NCBI GenBank assembly: GCA_963996465.1
Contig: CAXEHI010000047.1
Location: 1 to 55,028, forward strand
Length of the DNA: 55,028 nt
DNA from: an uncultured Thermoplasmata archaeon
GTDB lineage: Archaea; Thermoplasmatota; Poseidoniia; MGIII; CG-Epi1
Direction of reading: 5' to 3'
Position 1 is the first letter of the stretch, and each line of letters begins with the position of its first letter. This document shows, piece after piece, positions 18,918 to 29,370 of this stretch. The position numbers and the translations under genes were made by a program. Under the pieces are notes generated by a model. The model had not been told where the DNA came from, did no database searches, and was given only the letters and a program-made list of their open reading frames with translations.

Positions 18918-20762
18918 TTATCCTCTGAATTTAGATCTAAGACTCATTCTTTCAGGAAGAGGCAAGCTTCTTTGAGGTTCATTTTCCTGCATTTTAGTCA
19001 TAATCTCAATCAATTCTTTCATATCTGCTGAGAAATCCTCTCCATTTCTTACTCGTATCGGATATTTTTCTGCTTCAACTTCTTTTTCCCCTATTACTAA
19101 TATTAAAGGAACCCATTCTTTTTCCCCTTCTCTTATTTTCTTTCCTAATCCTTCTTCTCTATCATCTATATCAGCTCTAAATCCAATCCCAGTTAATTCT
19201 TTAGCAAGTTCAGAACACTTATCTACGTATTCAGAAGATAAAGGTAATAATCTTATTTGAGTCGGACAAAGCCAAAACGGCAACGACGGCTTCTCCCCTC
19301 TTCTAGATTTAGCCGCAGCTTCTTCAAGTAAAGCATACAAATTTCTATCTATTGATCCAGATAATGAAGCATGAAGGATATATGGTAATTTTTTCTTCCC
19401 ATCTTTATCTACGTAATTGATTTCAAATCGCTCAGCATTTTCTACATCAATCTGCACTGTACTAAGTGCCGCAGCTTTTCCTTGAGTATCTAGTACATTA
19501 AATTCGAATTTTGTTATAAAGTAAGCATATCTCTCATCAAACAACTCTAAAAGCATAGGTCTGCCAAGTTTTTTCGCTATCTGTTTGTAAAATTCTTTAT
19601 TTTCCTCAAAGAAATCTTTCTGCACTCTCATTGCAGCTTCGTAGGGCACATCTAAGGATTCCATCCATTCCATAGAAAGTGAGAATTGCGATGACATTTC
19701 CTCCAATCCTTGGTCTAAATCTTTAACAAAAGTGTGCATATCCGGCATTGTAAAACCACGCAATCTTCTCAAACCTGCTAATTCTCCTCTCTTCTCTCTA
19801 CGATATGAGGAGTGGGCTAATTCGTAATATTTGATTGGAAGATGTTTGTAAGATATTTGAGCATCACGAGCTATCAAAAACTGTCCAAAGCACGCTGCAA
19901 ATCTCATGAAATAGGGTTTTTCACCACTCATCACTCTATACTGTCTTGCAGGAAAACGTTCTAAATATTCTTCTAAACATGGGTGCGCGTAATCATAAAT
20001 TTCAGGAGTTTCTACTTCCATAGCTCCAGCTTTTTTAACTAATTTCTCAACCTTCTTTTCTAGCAGTCTCTTAATCATCGTTCCTTTTGGATACCATCTC
20101 ATATTCCCTGCATCACTTCCAGGCTCTCTATCTACGAGCTCCAATTTTTGCATCAATTTTATGTGAGGCGGTTCTTCATTTGCTGTTCGATCCTTTTTTG
20201 TTTCATATTTGATAAGAACATTTAATGGGGTTTTTGCTCCACTTTCTTTTAATTCATCTATCTCTCCATCAGGGTTCATTATGCAAAATTCACTCTTTGT
20301 TTTTTCTTCTGCAGATAGTGCTACATTTTCAGTACTCACTCTTCCATCCCCTGCTCTTATTCTTCTACTCAATTCTGATAATTCATGTCCTTTACAAGAT
20401 AAGCTAAACGATTTGTACCATCCAAATGGAACCCTTTCTATATTCAATTCTGTTTTATCTAGTATATCACACATCAAATCTAAAACTTTCATTGCACCAT
20501 TCGGTGTTTCTAATTCATTACTCAGGTGTGCATAAGGATAAATTACAACATCTTCACACCCAACATTAGAGCTGTATTGTTTGATTTCTTCAACTGTTTG
20601 AGCGATTATTTCTTTTTTATTCTTTAAATCACCTTTTTCCACCGATGTAAAAACTACAATACATTCTCCATATTTCCCGGATTTTTCCTCTTCTCTTTCT
20701 TTGGTGGCTGGTTTTTTCGACTCAAATTCGAGTCCATCTGAATGTATCATTAAAATCTGCAT
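18918..20762 (-). CDS. thrS: Threonine--tRNA ligase, archaeal type
   Basis: N-terminal archaeal editing domain (YPYAHLS, PFGWYK), RFAACFG, RLRGFTMPDMH, LHAS. Confidence 0.97.
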   Translation of the reverse strand: MQILMIHSDGLEFESKKPATKEREEEKSGKYGECIVVFTSVEKGDLKNKKEIIAQTVEEIKQYSSNVGCEDVVIYPYAHLSNELETPNGAMKVLDLMCDILDKTELNIERVPFGWYKSFSLSCKGHELSELSRRIRAGDGRVSTENVALSAEEKTKSEFCIMNPDGEIDELKESGAKTPLNVLIKYETKKDRTANEEPPHIKLMQKLELVDREPGSDAGNMRWYPKGTMIKRLLEKKVEKLVKKAGAMEVETPEIYDYAHPCLEEYLERFPARQYRVMSGEKPYFMRFAACFGQFLIARDAQISYKHLPIKYYELAHSSYRREKRGELAGLRRLRGFTMPDMHTFVKDLDQGLEEMSSQFSLSMEWMESLDVPYEAAMRVQKDFFEENKEFYKQIAKKLGRPMLLELFDERYAYFITKFEFNVLDTQGKAAALSTVQIDVENAERFEINYVDKDGKKKLPYILHASLSGSIDRNLYALLEEAAAKSRRGEKPSLPFWLCPTQIRLLPLSSEYVDKCSELAKELTGIGFRADIDDREEGLGKKIREGEKEWVPLILVIGEKEVEAEKYPIRVRNGEDFSADMKELIEIMTKMQENEPQRSLPLPERMSLRSKFRG

Positions 20763-20852
20763 ACTACCTCCGACAAAGGCCCAAGCACAAAAGATTGTCC
20801 CCTACGTAGTTTTTATACCATCCAGCCGTTGTAAGCAGTCCTAGGGTGTACT

Positions 20853-21536
20853 ATGGCAGGCAAGAAAAGAAGAAAGAATCGCCCATCTCAGAGCCGAGAG
20901 TCTAAAACTATCAAAGTACTAATTTTAATTGCCATATCTTCTGCATTAATAACAATTTTAATGATTTCTGAAGGAATATTAAGTACAAATCAAGGCAGTA
21001 TAGGGTTAGTAATTATTTTAAGTTTAATATTTCTATTTTTAGGGCGTGACCGAAGTAATACTTCTAGGAGGAGAGGCTCTAGACGCCGAAGCGCACAACA
21101 AGCTAATATTACACAGCAATCTTCAGATTCTTCAGGTGGGCTAACTATAGAAGCCACTTCACCAAATGTGGACAGCGTTTCTGAAACGCCCACAATTCCA
21201 AAACCACAACTAGTTAGAGCTGCCCGGCGTAAAAGAGAATATGTTTCTTATCCAATTAATTTAGAAGGTGGTAGTTACGCAGATACTTATTTGCAATTGA
21301 ATAAAGATACAGTTCTCAAATTACGTTCAGCACTTTGGGATGGTAAAGGATTATTAGCATTACCTGGCCAATCAATTCCTTCTTTAGAAGTCACTGAAGA
21401 TGTAATTGCATCTTCCGAACCTGCCCCAGTGGCTGTAGCTGAATTATCGTCCACAATTACGCCTACAGTTGAACCGATTGCCCCGGAGTCTACTGAAGCA
21501 GAAGCCGATTCTGATTTCGATTTCGAATGGGAGTAA
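20853..21536 (+). CDS. Hypothetical 2-TM protein with Arg-rich linker and acidic tail
   Basis: 227-aa ORF preceded by TTTTATA; directly upstream of GGGP synthase. Confidence 0.65.
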   Translation: MAGKKRRKNRPSQSRESKTIKVLILIAISSALITILMISEGILSTNQGSIGLVIILSLIFLFLGRDRSNTSRRRGSRRRSAQQANITQQSSDSSGGLTIEATSPNVDSVSETPTIPKPQLVRAARRKREYVSYPINLEGGSYADTYLQLNKDTVLKLRSALWDGKGLLALPGQSIPSLEVTEDVIASSEPAPVAVAELSSTITPTVEPIAPESTEAEADSDFDFEWE

Positions 21537-21559
21537 GAGTAATTCTGAGTTGATTTTTT

Positions 21560-22300
21560 ATGGAAGTACATTCCTATTTTTCAAATACAAGAAAAAAACA
21601 TCCATTACATCTAACTTTGTTAGATCCTGGTAAGATGGATTCAGAAAACCTTAGCAAGATAGCTAAAGAAGCAGATCAGGCAGGTACTGATGGAATTATG
21701 GTGGGAGGCTCCACAGATTTAAGTTTCGAAAATGTCGAACAATCCGTTCAAGCCATAAAAAATGTGACAGATCTACCCGTTATTTTATTTCCTTCAGATT
21801 CTGGTGTTCTTTCTGGTAAAGCAGATGCTATTTTTTTCATGACTCTGTTAAACAGCTCAAGCCTTCAATATATAGTTGGAGAACAAATAGCAAGTGCAAC
21901 ACACATCAAAAAATTAGGTTTGGAAACACTTTCCATGGCTTATTTATTATTGGAACCAGGAATGCGAGCGGGTTTAGTTGGTAAGGCGCGTTTACTACCA
22001 AGAGATAATCCGAATCTAGTTATTTCACACGCATTAGCTGGTCAATATCTAGGTATGAATTACATCTACCTTGAAGCAGGCTCAGGTGCAGAATCTCCCG
22101 TCCCATCAGAAATGGTGGAACAGGTTCGAAATTCAATAGACAATACATTAATCGTTGGCGGAGGTATCAGAACTCCAGAATCTGCACGCCTATTGGTTGA
22201 ATCTGGCGCTGACATCATAGTTACAGGAACTTTCGTAGAAACTTCAAACAGTTTAGTAGAAGATTTAAAACCAATAATAGATGCTATACATTCCGCTTAA
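21560..22300 (+). CDS. Geranylgeranylglyceryl phosphate synthase (group II-like)
   Basis: LLDP, MVGGS, PVILFP, LLNS, YLEAGSGA, VGGGIR, IVTGT. Confidence 0.93.
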   Translation: MEVHSYFSNTRKKHPLHLTLLDPGKMDSENLSKIAKEADQAGTDGIMVGGSTDLSFENVEQSVQAIKNVTDLPVILFPSDSGVLSGKADAIFFMTLLNSSSLQYIVGEQIASATHIKKLGLETLSMAYLLLEPGMRAGLVGKARLLPRDNPNLVISHALAGQYLGMNYIYLEAGSGAESPVPSEMVEQVRNSIDNTLIVGGGIRTPESARLLVESGADIIVTGTFVETSNSLVEDLKPIIDAIHSA

Positions 22301-22303
22301 TTC

Positions 22304-24085
22304 ATGACTGAAAATAATAATTCAAAAGAATTAATCGATGCACCTGGCAGATTATCTTCTTTTCTAGTACACACTCCCGGTACGAAGTTTAGTTTTTCAC
22401 TACTCATCAGTACTTCATTAGTTTTATTTTTATTTCTTTGTGAATACTTTCCATACACATTTTCTTTAGATGTTAATTCACTCATTTTAACTATCTCTTC
22501 TTTTTTATTGCCTGCTATTTTATTTTCTTATCTAATATCCATTTCAGCAGATAAATGGAATGGTAGATATCCATTAAGATATGGTTTTCAGGCCAATTCT
22601 GTTGCTTTTTTTCTAGTTTCACTTTCTATGTTTGTAAATTCATTTTTTGGGAATGATACACTAGGATTGCTATTAGGTTTCGGAATTATAAGTTCAATAT
22701 GGTATCTTACTCTTCGTACACATGGCAACACTCCTGAGTGGATTTCTTTCTTATTTGCATTCACAGCTTCTTTTTCAATAATTTTCTCATTATTCTTCTT
22801 CGTAATGTTTTCTTCTTCATTAACAAATGCGTTGAAATATCCTGATTTTCTATTTTATGGGGGCATTTCAGCCTTATCTTTTACCTTTGCTAGCTTCCTT
22901 TATCTATATCTGGTCGATTACCCTTACAAACAGGCCATTGGAGCTTCTGGTTTACGCCACGCAGCAGCCTATATTGAATTTTTCTCGACTGGAAATGGTG
23001 AAAGATTAATGAAATCATTAAGCGAAATCAGCGAATCAGTTTCAATAAAAAGTTCATGGGTTTGCATTAGAAATTCTGAAAAACCATTGGCTTTTTTTGC
23101 AATTCCAGGTATACATCCAGGACCTGTAGGTGATTTTGGAGGAGGCAATTTACCAGCCAAAATAGAGTCATTTTTACCTGGACTTTCTTTCGCCTTTCAC
23201 GGTGCAAATTTCAATGATCATAATCCTATTAATTCTAAAGATATAGATAGAATAGGAAAAGCAATGGCAGAAGCCTCCAATAACGCCGTTTACGGCTCTG
23301 AATCATTTTCACTTAATCATGCAGGTACTCAACCTAATTGCTATTCCATGGGCGTGAATGACGCATTATTGCTTTTCTATGAACCTGAAAAAAGCGATGA
23401 CGTAGATCCCAATTTAGCTACAATTATAGAGAATCAAAATTTAGATGACAACTTAACAAAAATATTTGTAGATTTACATACGCAAGAGATAGGTAAGCAT
23501 ATCGGCACACCCCTATACGACGGAACACCTGAAAGTATAACTTTAGAGCAAGCTTCATTGAAATCTTGGAATAAAACATTAAAATCATCATATGACTCCT
23601 TCAAAGCAGGTGTAAATAGTTTAGATTGCGAAGATTTAGAGGTAGGAATAGGTCCATGCGGCCTCCGTACTATTGTTTTTGAAATAGGAGGTAAAACCAC
23701 AGCAATACTTCTTTGGGATTCAAACGGTTTCTCTAAAAATCTTAGAAATAATTTGAAACAAGAACTAGGGGGCATGGTCGACAATTTAATTCTTTCAACT
23801 ACCGATAATCATTTTGTTAACAAGAAACCGGGCGGCGAGAATCCTCTAAAGTATTCAAAAGATCTAGTACTGAACGCATCAACTTCTATAAAAAACGCTC
23901 TGAATGATTTGAATTATGCAGAGGCATCTTCAGGTAAAATTACAACAGATAATGTCGATATCTTAGGTTATGGTAAACAAGATAGCATAACTAGCGCAGT
24001 CAATAGAACAATTCAAATCGCTCGCTATTCTTGGCTTCCAGTTTATGGCTCAGCCTTTATGTTTTATTTGACTCTTCTTCCGTAA
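22304..24085 (+). CDS. DUF2070-family membrane protein
   Basis: About 6 N-terminal TMs; HPGP.G..GG.NLP, HG...HN, DLH, WDSN, TTDNH; C-terminal TM. Confidence 0.8.
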   Translation: MTENNNSKELIDAPGRLSSFLVHTPGTKFSFSLLISTSLVLFLFLCEYFPYTFSLDVNSLILTISSFLLPAILFSYLISISADKWNGRYPLRYGFQANSVAFFLVSLSMFVNSFFGNDTLGLLLGFGIISSIWYLTLRTHGNTPEWISFLFAFTASFSIIFSLFFFVMFSSSLTNALKYPDFLFYGGISALSFTFASFLYLYLVDYPYKQAIGASGLRHAAAYIEFFSTGNGERLMKSLSEISESVSIKSSWVCIRNSEKPLAFFAIPGIHPGPVGDFGGGNLPAKIESFLPGLSFAFHGANFNDHNPINSKDIDRIGKAMAEASNNAVYGSESFSLNHAGTQPNCYSMGVNDALLLFYEPEKSDDVDPNLATIIENQNLDDNLTKIFVDLHTQEIGKHIGTPLYDGTPESITLEQASLKSWNKTLKSSYDSFKAGVNSLDCEDLEVGIGPCGLRTIVFEIGGKTTAILLWDSNGFSKNLRNNLKQELGGMVDNLILSTTDNHFVNKKPGGENPLKYSKDLVLNASTSIKNALNDLNYAEASSGKITTDNVDILGYGKQDSITSAVNRTIQIARYSWLPVYGSAFMFYLTLLP

Positions 24086-24100
24086 AATCAGTTTTTACGT

Positions 24101-24430
24101 TTAATCATTCTGTATCTGTATTGAAATTTTGACGCCATCTGGAATCTGTATTCTCATCAGTTGTCTAAGGGCTCTTTCATCAGCTTCTAAATATATCAAT
24201 CTTTTGTGAAGTCTAGCTTCCCACCTATCCCAAGTTTCACTACCTTCTCCATCTGGCGATTTTCTTACGGGAACTTTCAATTTCTTAGTCGGTAAAGGTA
24301 TGGGGCCGGTCATTCCAACACCAGTCCTATCAGAAATAGTTCTAATATCGTCGCAGACATTATCTACTACACTATGCTCCAAGGCGTGAAGCGAAATGCA
24401 AGCTTTTGATTTCGCTTTCTTGGTGGCCAT
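24101..24430 (-). CDS. rps10: 30S ribosomal protein S10
   Basis: [29 protein letters not shown]. Confidence 0.97.
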   Translation of the reverse strand: MATKKAKSKACISLHALEHSVVDNVCDDIRTISDRTGVGMTGPIPLPTKKLKVPVRKSPDGEGSETWDRWEARLHKRLIYLEADERALRQLMRIQIPDGVKISIQIQND

Positions 24431-24456
24431 TTATTTCACAATATTTAGGATTTCAA

Positions 24457-25743
24457 TTAATCCCAGTGTTCCTCAATTTTCATACACATTCCAGCGCCAA
24501 CAGTAGCACCCATATCTCTAATAGCAAATCGAGATAATTGTTTGAAATTAGCTTGTTCCTCTATTGCTAAAGGTTTTGTTGGTTTAATGAGCACAATCGC
24601 TGCATCACCAGCTTTTATGAAATCAGGGTTTTCTTCAGTTACATTACCAGTTCGTGGATCAAGCTTAGCAAGTATTTTATCAAATCTACATGCAACTTGT
24701 GCGGTATGTGCGTGGAAAACAGGTGTATATCCTTCAGTAATTACATTAGGATGTGACATAATCATTACCTGAGCTTTGAATTCTTTAGCAACCTTTGGAG
24801 GGTTACTCTCTGGACCACCTACATCTCCTCTACGAATATCTTCATGTGAAAGACCTCTGCAATTGAATCCTACATTGTCTCCAGTTACTGCTTGAGGCAC
24901 CTCTGAATGGTGCATTTCAACAGATTTAACTTCAGCGGTTTTTCCACCGGTGTGTGCAGACGGTTTGAACACAATCTTGGTTCCAGCTTTCATTGTTCCA
25001 GATTCAATTCTTCCTACAGGAACTGCACCAATACCGGATATCTTGTAAACGTCCTGTATAGGTATTCTCAAATCCGCATCATTCTGTCCTTCTGGCGCTT
25101 TAAGATTGTTCAATGAATCTAATAGAGTTCCACCACTCCACCAAGTCATATTGTCACTCTTTGCTGCTACATTGTCACCTGTCCATCCAGAAGTAGGTAT
25201 CATGGTAACCTTGTCTTCAGCATATCCAACCTGTTTTGTTTGAGTTTTGACTTCATCAAGCACTTTGTTGAATTTTGCTTCATCAAATCCACCTACATCC
25301 ATTTTGTTTATTGCAATAATCATTTGTTCAATACCCATAACCTTGGACAGCCACAAATGTTCCTTTGTTTGAGGCATTATTCCTTCTTCAACGGATATAC
25401 AAAGCACCGCCGCATCAGCTTGCGAAGTACCAGTAATCATATTTTTTACAAAATCTCGGTGCCCTGGGGCATCAATAATTGTAAAATGAGTTTTATCCGT
25501 TTTGAATTCTTTATGTGCTAAATCGATCGTAACTCCACGTTCTCGTTCTTCTTTCAAATTATCCATCACATAAGCAAATTCAAATCCACCTTTTCCATGC
25601 TCTTCAGCAAGAGCTTTGAAATTATCTATCTCGTGCTGATCTATAGCACCAGTCTCAAACAGCAGTCTACCTACCATGGTCGACTTACCGTGGTCTACGT
25701 GTCCGACGAACACGACATTCATATGCGGAAGTTTACTTGCCAT
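24457..25743 (-). CDS. tuf: Elongation factor 1-alpha
   Basis: [26 protein letters not shown]. Confidence 0.98.
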   Translation of the reverse strand: MASKLPHMNVVFVGHVDHGKSTMVGRLLFETGAIDQHEIDNFKALAEEHGKGGFEFAYVMDNLKEERERGVTIDLAHKEFKTDKTHFTIIDAPGHRDFVKNMITGTSQADAAVLCISVEEGIMPQTKEHLWLSKVMGIEQMIIAINKMDVGGFDEAKFNKVLDEVKTQTKQVGYAEDKVTMIPTSGWTGDNVAAKSDNMTWWSGGTLLDSLNNLKAPEGQNDADLRIPIQDVYKISGIGAVPVGRIESGTMKAGTKIVFKPSAHTGGKTAEVKSVEMHHSEVPQAVTGDNVGFNCRGLSHEDIRRGDVGGPESNPPKVAKEFKAQVMIMSHPNVITEGYTPVFHAHTAQVACRFDKILAKLDPRTGNVTEENPDFIKAGDAAIVLIKPTKPLAIEEQANFKQLSRFAIRDMGATVGAGMCMKIEEHWD

Positions 25744-25787
25744 ATCTATTCACTCCTTAACTGAGTTTCCCGTCGGAGAAAACAGGC

Positions 25788-25796
25788 CTTATAAAG
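25788..25796 (-). promoter_or_regulatory. Putative internal TATA box for tuf
   Basis: CTTTATAAG on the minus strand about 45 nt before the tuf ATG, which has a GGAGTGA SD-like site. Confidence 0.5.
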
Positions 25797-25827
25797 TATT
25801 CGTTGACCATTTAATGGTAAAATAGCC

Positions 25828-28032
25828 TTAAGATTCGTAATAATCCATCGTTGGAGCCTGTTCTTTTAGCCCCTTTCTTATTCTTATTTCACTCGTTATA
25901 GGGTCTAAAAGTTCCCTAGGTAATAGTTCAAATCCAGAAAATTCAGTCGACCATAAAGCTCTACCTTGTGTCGCAGATCTAATTTCACCAGCAAAACCAA
26001 ACATCTCTTTCACAGGAGCTTTCGCCATTACTATTGCAGAATCGCCTTCTTGCTCAACGCTGATTATTTCTCCTCTTCTCTGTGCCATTTCACTAGTAAC
26101 AGAACCCATCTGTTCTTGAGGTACTTGTATGTGTATCTTTTGATAAGGTTCTAATAATTGAATTCCCGCAGCAGTCATAGCTCCATTTATCGCAGTTCTT
26201 ACTGCAGGTATTGTCTGCGCAGGACCTCGGTGTATAGCATCTTCGTGTAATTTTGCATCCACTAAACTTACTTTTACACCCATCAATTTTTCATTAGTTC
26301 TAGCACCTCTATTGGCCACTTCTCTGAAAGCCTCCATTAACAATTCTTGCGTTTCGAATAAATTCTGTATCCCTTTGGTAGCGTCTATGAAAACTGATCC
26401 GTTTTCAATAGATAAAACCCCTCTAGCAACAGGTCTATCCCATCCCAAATCCATCAATTTACGCGCTACATCTCTATTTTTCTTAATATCTCCAGTGGGT
26501 ATGTCTCCGTTTCTTATAGCTTCACTTACACTATCTTCTAAAGGTTCTACATTTATGTAAAATCTATTATGTTTATTAGGCGATTTACCTTCGAAACCTT
26601 TTCGATTTGGATTTTCACCAGTCACGGTTTCTCTATATACTACAATAGGGGGTGACGTCGTTATTTCAACACCGTGTTCATTAGTAATTCTATATTCTGT
26701 GATTTCTAAGTGTAATTCACCCATACCGGACATAAGGTGTTCTCCAGTTTCTAAATTACTTTCAATCTGTACAGACGGATCGGCTTTACTAACAGCTCTT
26801 AAAACTTCTACTAATTTAGGCAAATCTTTCGTATGTTTGGCTTCTATTGCCATAGTTACAACAGGTTCTGAAGTGTGAACAATTTTTTCGAAAGGAGTCA
26901 TTTCTTTATCTATTGTTACAGTTGAACCAGAAACAGCATCTCTCAACCCAGCTACAGCAGCTATGTTACCAGCACTGACCTTGTCAACTACAATTCTATC
27001 TCCGCCCACAAACATTCCAACCGATTGAACTCTGTTGGCGTTTGGAAATCCAGCCACAAATAATTGGTCGCCTTTAGATATACTACCAGAAAACATCCTA
27101 CCTACAGCTATTTCTCCTGCATGGGGGTCTAATACTACCTTAGTAACCATAAACGTCGCCGGCCCCTTATCATCAACACTCGTCATTGATTTTCCACTTT
27201 CGTTCTCTATGTCTCCAGTCCAAATATGAGGTATTCTATAACTTTGTGAAACTTTAGGATTAGGTAATTTTTCTACAATCATATCAAGAAGAACTTCGTG
27301 TAGAGGGGCTATTCTAGCTAAGTCTCTACTTTGCTCTTTCTCTAAATGTTCATATATTTGTGTAAAATTAATATTTTTCTTTGCCATAAATGGAAATGAT
27401 GTTGCCCAATTATGATATGCAGAACCAAATGCCACACTACCTGTGGCAGCATCAACCATCCATTCCTTTTCCATTTCTTTAGGAACGTTGGCTTTAATCA
27501 GTCTATTTACCTCAGTTATTGTTTTACCAAAACGCGCCTGCATATCTTCTTTAGTTACTTGCAGTTCGTTAATTAATCGATCCACTTTATTTATGAATAA
27601 AACAGGTTTCACTTTCTCTTTCAAAGCTTGCCTAATAACAGTTTCAGTTTGTGGCATAATTCCTTCAACAGCGCAAACAACTATAATCACTCCATCTAAA
27701 GCTCTCATTGCACGTGTCACATCCCCTCCAAAATCAACGTGTCCAGGCGTATCTATCAAATTAATCAAATAATCATTATCTTTATGTTCGTGCACCATAG
27801 ATGCATTCGCTGCGTTAATTGTTATTCCACGAGCGGATTCTTGCTCATCAAAGTCTAACATGAGTTGCTTCCCTGTCAATTCCTCAGACATCATTCCCGC
27901 ACCAAAAATTAAGTTGTCCGACAACGTAGTCTTTCCGTGATCAATATGTGCTGCCGTACCTATATTACGAATAAAATCTAATTTATTCATCAAAACTTGG
28001 GCCTTTGCTATATTGTCTTCTTTACGGCCCAT
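25828..28032 (-). CDS. fusA: Elongation factor 2
   Basis: AHIDHGKT, RGITI, DTPGH, NKVD, diphthamide loop DAIHRG. Confidence 0.98.
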   Translation of the reverse strand: MGRKEDNIAKAQVLMNKLDFIRNIGTAAHIDHGKTTLSDNLIFGAGMMSEELTGKQLMLDFDEQESARGITINAANASMVHEHKDNDYLINLIDTPGHVDFGGDVTRAMRALDGVIIVVCAVEGIMPQTETVIRQALKEKVKPVLFINKVDRLINELQVTKEDMQARFGKTITEVNRLIKANVPKEMEKEWMVDAATGSVAFGSAYHNWATSFPFMAKKNINFTQIYEHLEKEQSRDLARIAPLHEVLLDMIVEKLPNPKVSQSYRIPHIWTGDIENESGKSMTSVDDKGPATFMVTKVVLDPHAGEIAVGRMFSGSISKGDQLFVAGFPNANRVQSVGMFVGGDRIVVDKVSAGNIAAVAGLRDAVSGSTVTIDKEMTPFEKIVHTSEPVVTMAIEAKHTKDLPKLVEVLRAVSKADPSVQIESNLETGEHLMSGMGELHLEITEYRITNEHGVEITTSPPIVVYRETVTGENPNRKGFEGKSPNKHNRFYINVEPLEDSVSEAIRNGDIPTGDIKKNRDVARKLMDLGWDRPVARGVLSIENGSVFIDATKGIQNLFETQELLMEAFREVANRGARTNEKLMGVKVSLVDAKLHEDAIHRGPAQTIPAVRTAINGAMTAAGIQLLEPYQKIHIQVPQEQMGSVTSEMAQRRGEIISVEQEGDSAIVMAKAPVKEMFGFAGEIRSATQGRALWSTEFSGFELLPRELLDPITSEIRIRKGLKEQAPTMDYYES

Positions 28033-28033
28033 T

Positions 28034-28660
28034 TTAGTGAGCAGCCTCTGCCTGTCTTTCTTTTTCTTCTTTCTTACTCACGGCGAAAGATTCTGCACTA
28101 CCTTCTGATGCAATAATCAATTCCTTAGCCAGAGCCTTTTCAATAGAACGAGCCTTTCCTGCCTTTTCCATCGCTCCTTGACATATATGTCTCAGGGTTA
28201 CGTCTATTCTTCGAGTAGGGGAAACATCAACACCACTGTATACTCTTATTCCACCATAACGCAAACTCACAACTTCTGCTCTAGGGGATGCATTTTCCAA
28301 AGCCCTCACTAGAATTTGCACAGGGTTCTCTTTCTTTTTTTGATAAATTATATCAAACGCTTTGTTCACAACATTGTATGCCTGCACCTTTTTTCCAGTG
28401 TATTTTTCACTTCTCATCATGTTATTTATGAAACGCTCTAAAATCGGAAGATTAGCTTTACCAAGAACTTTATTCGCATGTCTTCCACCCGTATGAGGTA
28501 CTCTAAACGAATCCAAATTCAAAGCTTTTGCAAGACTAGGATCTTCTACTATAACCTCAGACATATCCCATTTTCCAAACAATGGAAGAACTGGTAAAAC
28601 CATTTCATTATTCGTTTCTTCTTTCTGTTCTTCCTTTTCAGTAATTTCTTCTTCACTCAT
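28034..28660 (-). CDS. rps7: 30S ribosomal protein S7
   Basis: LFGKWD, PHTGGRH, NPVQILVRALEN, DVSP.RR; likely ATG at 28660. Confidence 0.96.
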   Translation of the reverse strand: MSEEEITEKEEQKEETNNEMVLPVLPLFGKWDMSEVIVEDPSLAKALNLDSFRVPHTGGRHANKVLGKANLPILERFINNMMRSEKYTGKKVQAYNVVNKAFDIIYQKKKENPVQILVRALENASPRAEVVSLRYGGIRVYSGVDVSPTRRIDVTLRHICQGAMEKAGKARSIEKALAKELIIASEGSAESFAVSKKEEKERQAEAAH

Positions 28661-28665
28661 TATCT

Positions 28666-29094
28666 TCACCTTATTGGTTTTTCTTTACGTCCTCTAACCA
28701 TTTCTTTTAGTGATACATTATTCACTTTGAATACTCTATATCTTACACCAGATAAGTCTCCATATGATCTTCCCATTCGTCCAGCAACACCCTCAATCTC
28801 AACTTCATCGTGTTCATCTATAAAGCTAATAGCCAAATTTCCCGGAGCCAATGCCGTTACCAATCTTCCATTTTTAATCAGTTGCACTCTTACACATTTT
28901 CTTATTCCAGAATTAGGCTGTTTCGCTTCTACACCCACTTTCTCAACAACAATTCCCTTTGCTTGAGGTGAACCCTGTAGAGGATCTGCCTTTTCTTTGA
29001 GCTTCAAAGCCCTTTTTCTGTACTTCCTATCTTTCCAACGAGCACCTTGTCGGTTGTTTTTCAATTTCCTAGCTGTGAATAGTCCTTTTGGCAG
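28666..29094 (-). CDS. rps12: 30S ribosomal protein S12, apparent CTG start
   Basis: [11 protein letters not shown]. The conserved N-terminus [10 protein letters not shown] lies upstream of the track's TTG. CTG at 29094 follows GGTGA. Confidence 0.95.
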   Translation of the reverse strand: MPKGLFTARKLKNNRQGARWKDRKYRKRALKLKEKADPLQGSPQAKGIVVEKVGVEAKQPNSGIRKCVRVQLIKNGRLVTALAPGNLAISFIDEHDEVEIEGVAGRMGRSYGDLSGVRYRVFKVNNVSLKEMVRGRKEKPIR

Positions 29095-29233
29095 TTTGTC
29101 ACCTTCGTTTGTTTACTGGATTTTCACGTTCACAAAGGACGCTTATATATAGGATTCGGTAGAGATAAAATCGGTAGTTAACTCAAAGTTTATGAATTTT
29201 GAGCCATTAACCAATTCTTGAATTATAGAACAT

Positions 29234-29310
29234 GCCACCGTAGCTTAGCCTGGTATAGCGGCTGATTCGTAATCAGCAGATCGGGGGTTCAAATCCCCCC
29301 GGTGGCTCCA
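29234..29310 (+). tRNA. tRNA-Thr(CGT)
   Basis: GCCACCG/CGGTGGC acceptor, GCTGA-TTCGTAA-TCAGC, TTCAAAT T-loop, U73 then CCA. Confidence 0.96.
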
Positions 29311-29370
29311 TTTATTCTTCGGGCATACTTATTAATTCCCAAATTCTAAACAGTTTTAGAAGGTGTTTAT

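Noticed and set aside
18817-20762. Functional link between tRNA-Ser and convergent thrS (Ser editing)
   Set aside because: No mechanism is evident, so the adjacency is likely incidental.
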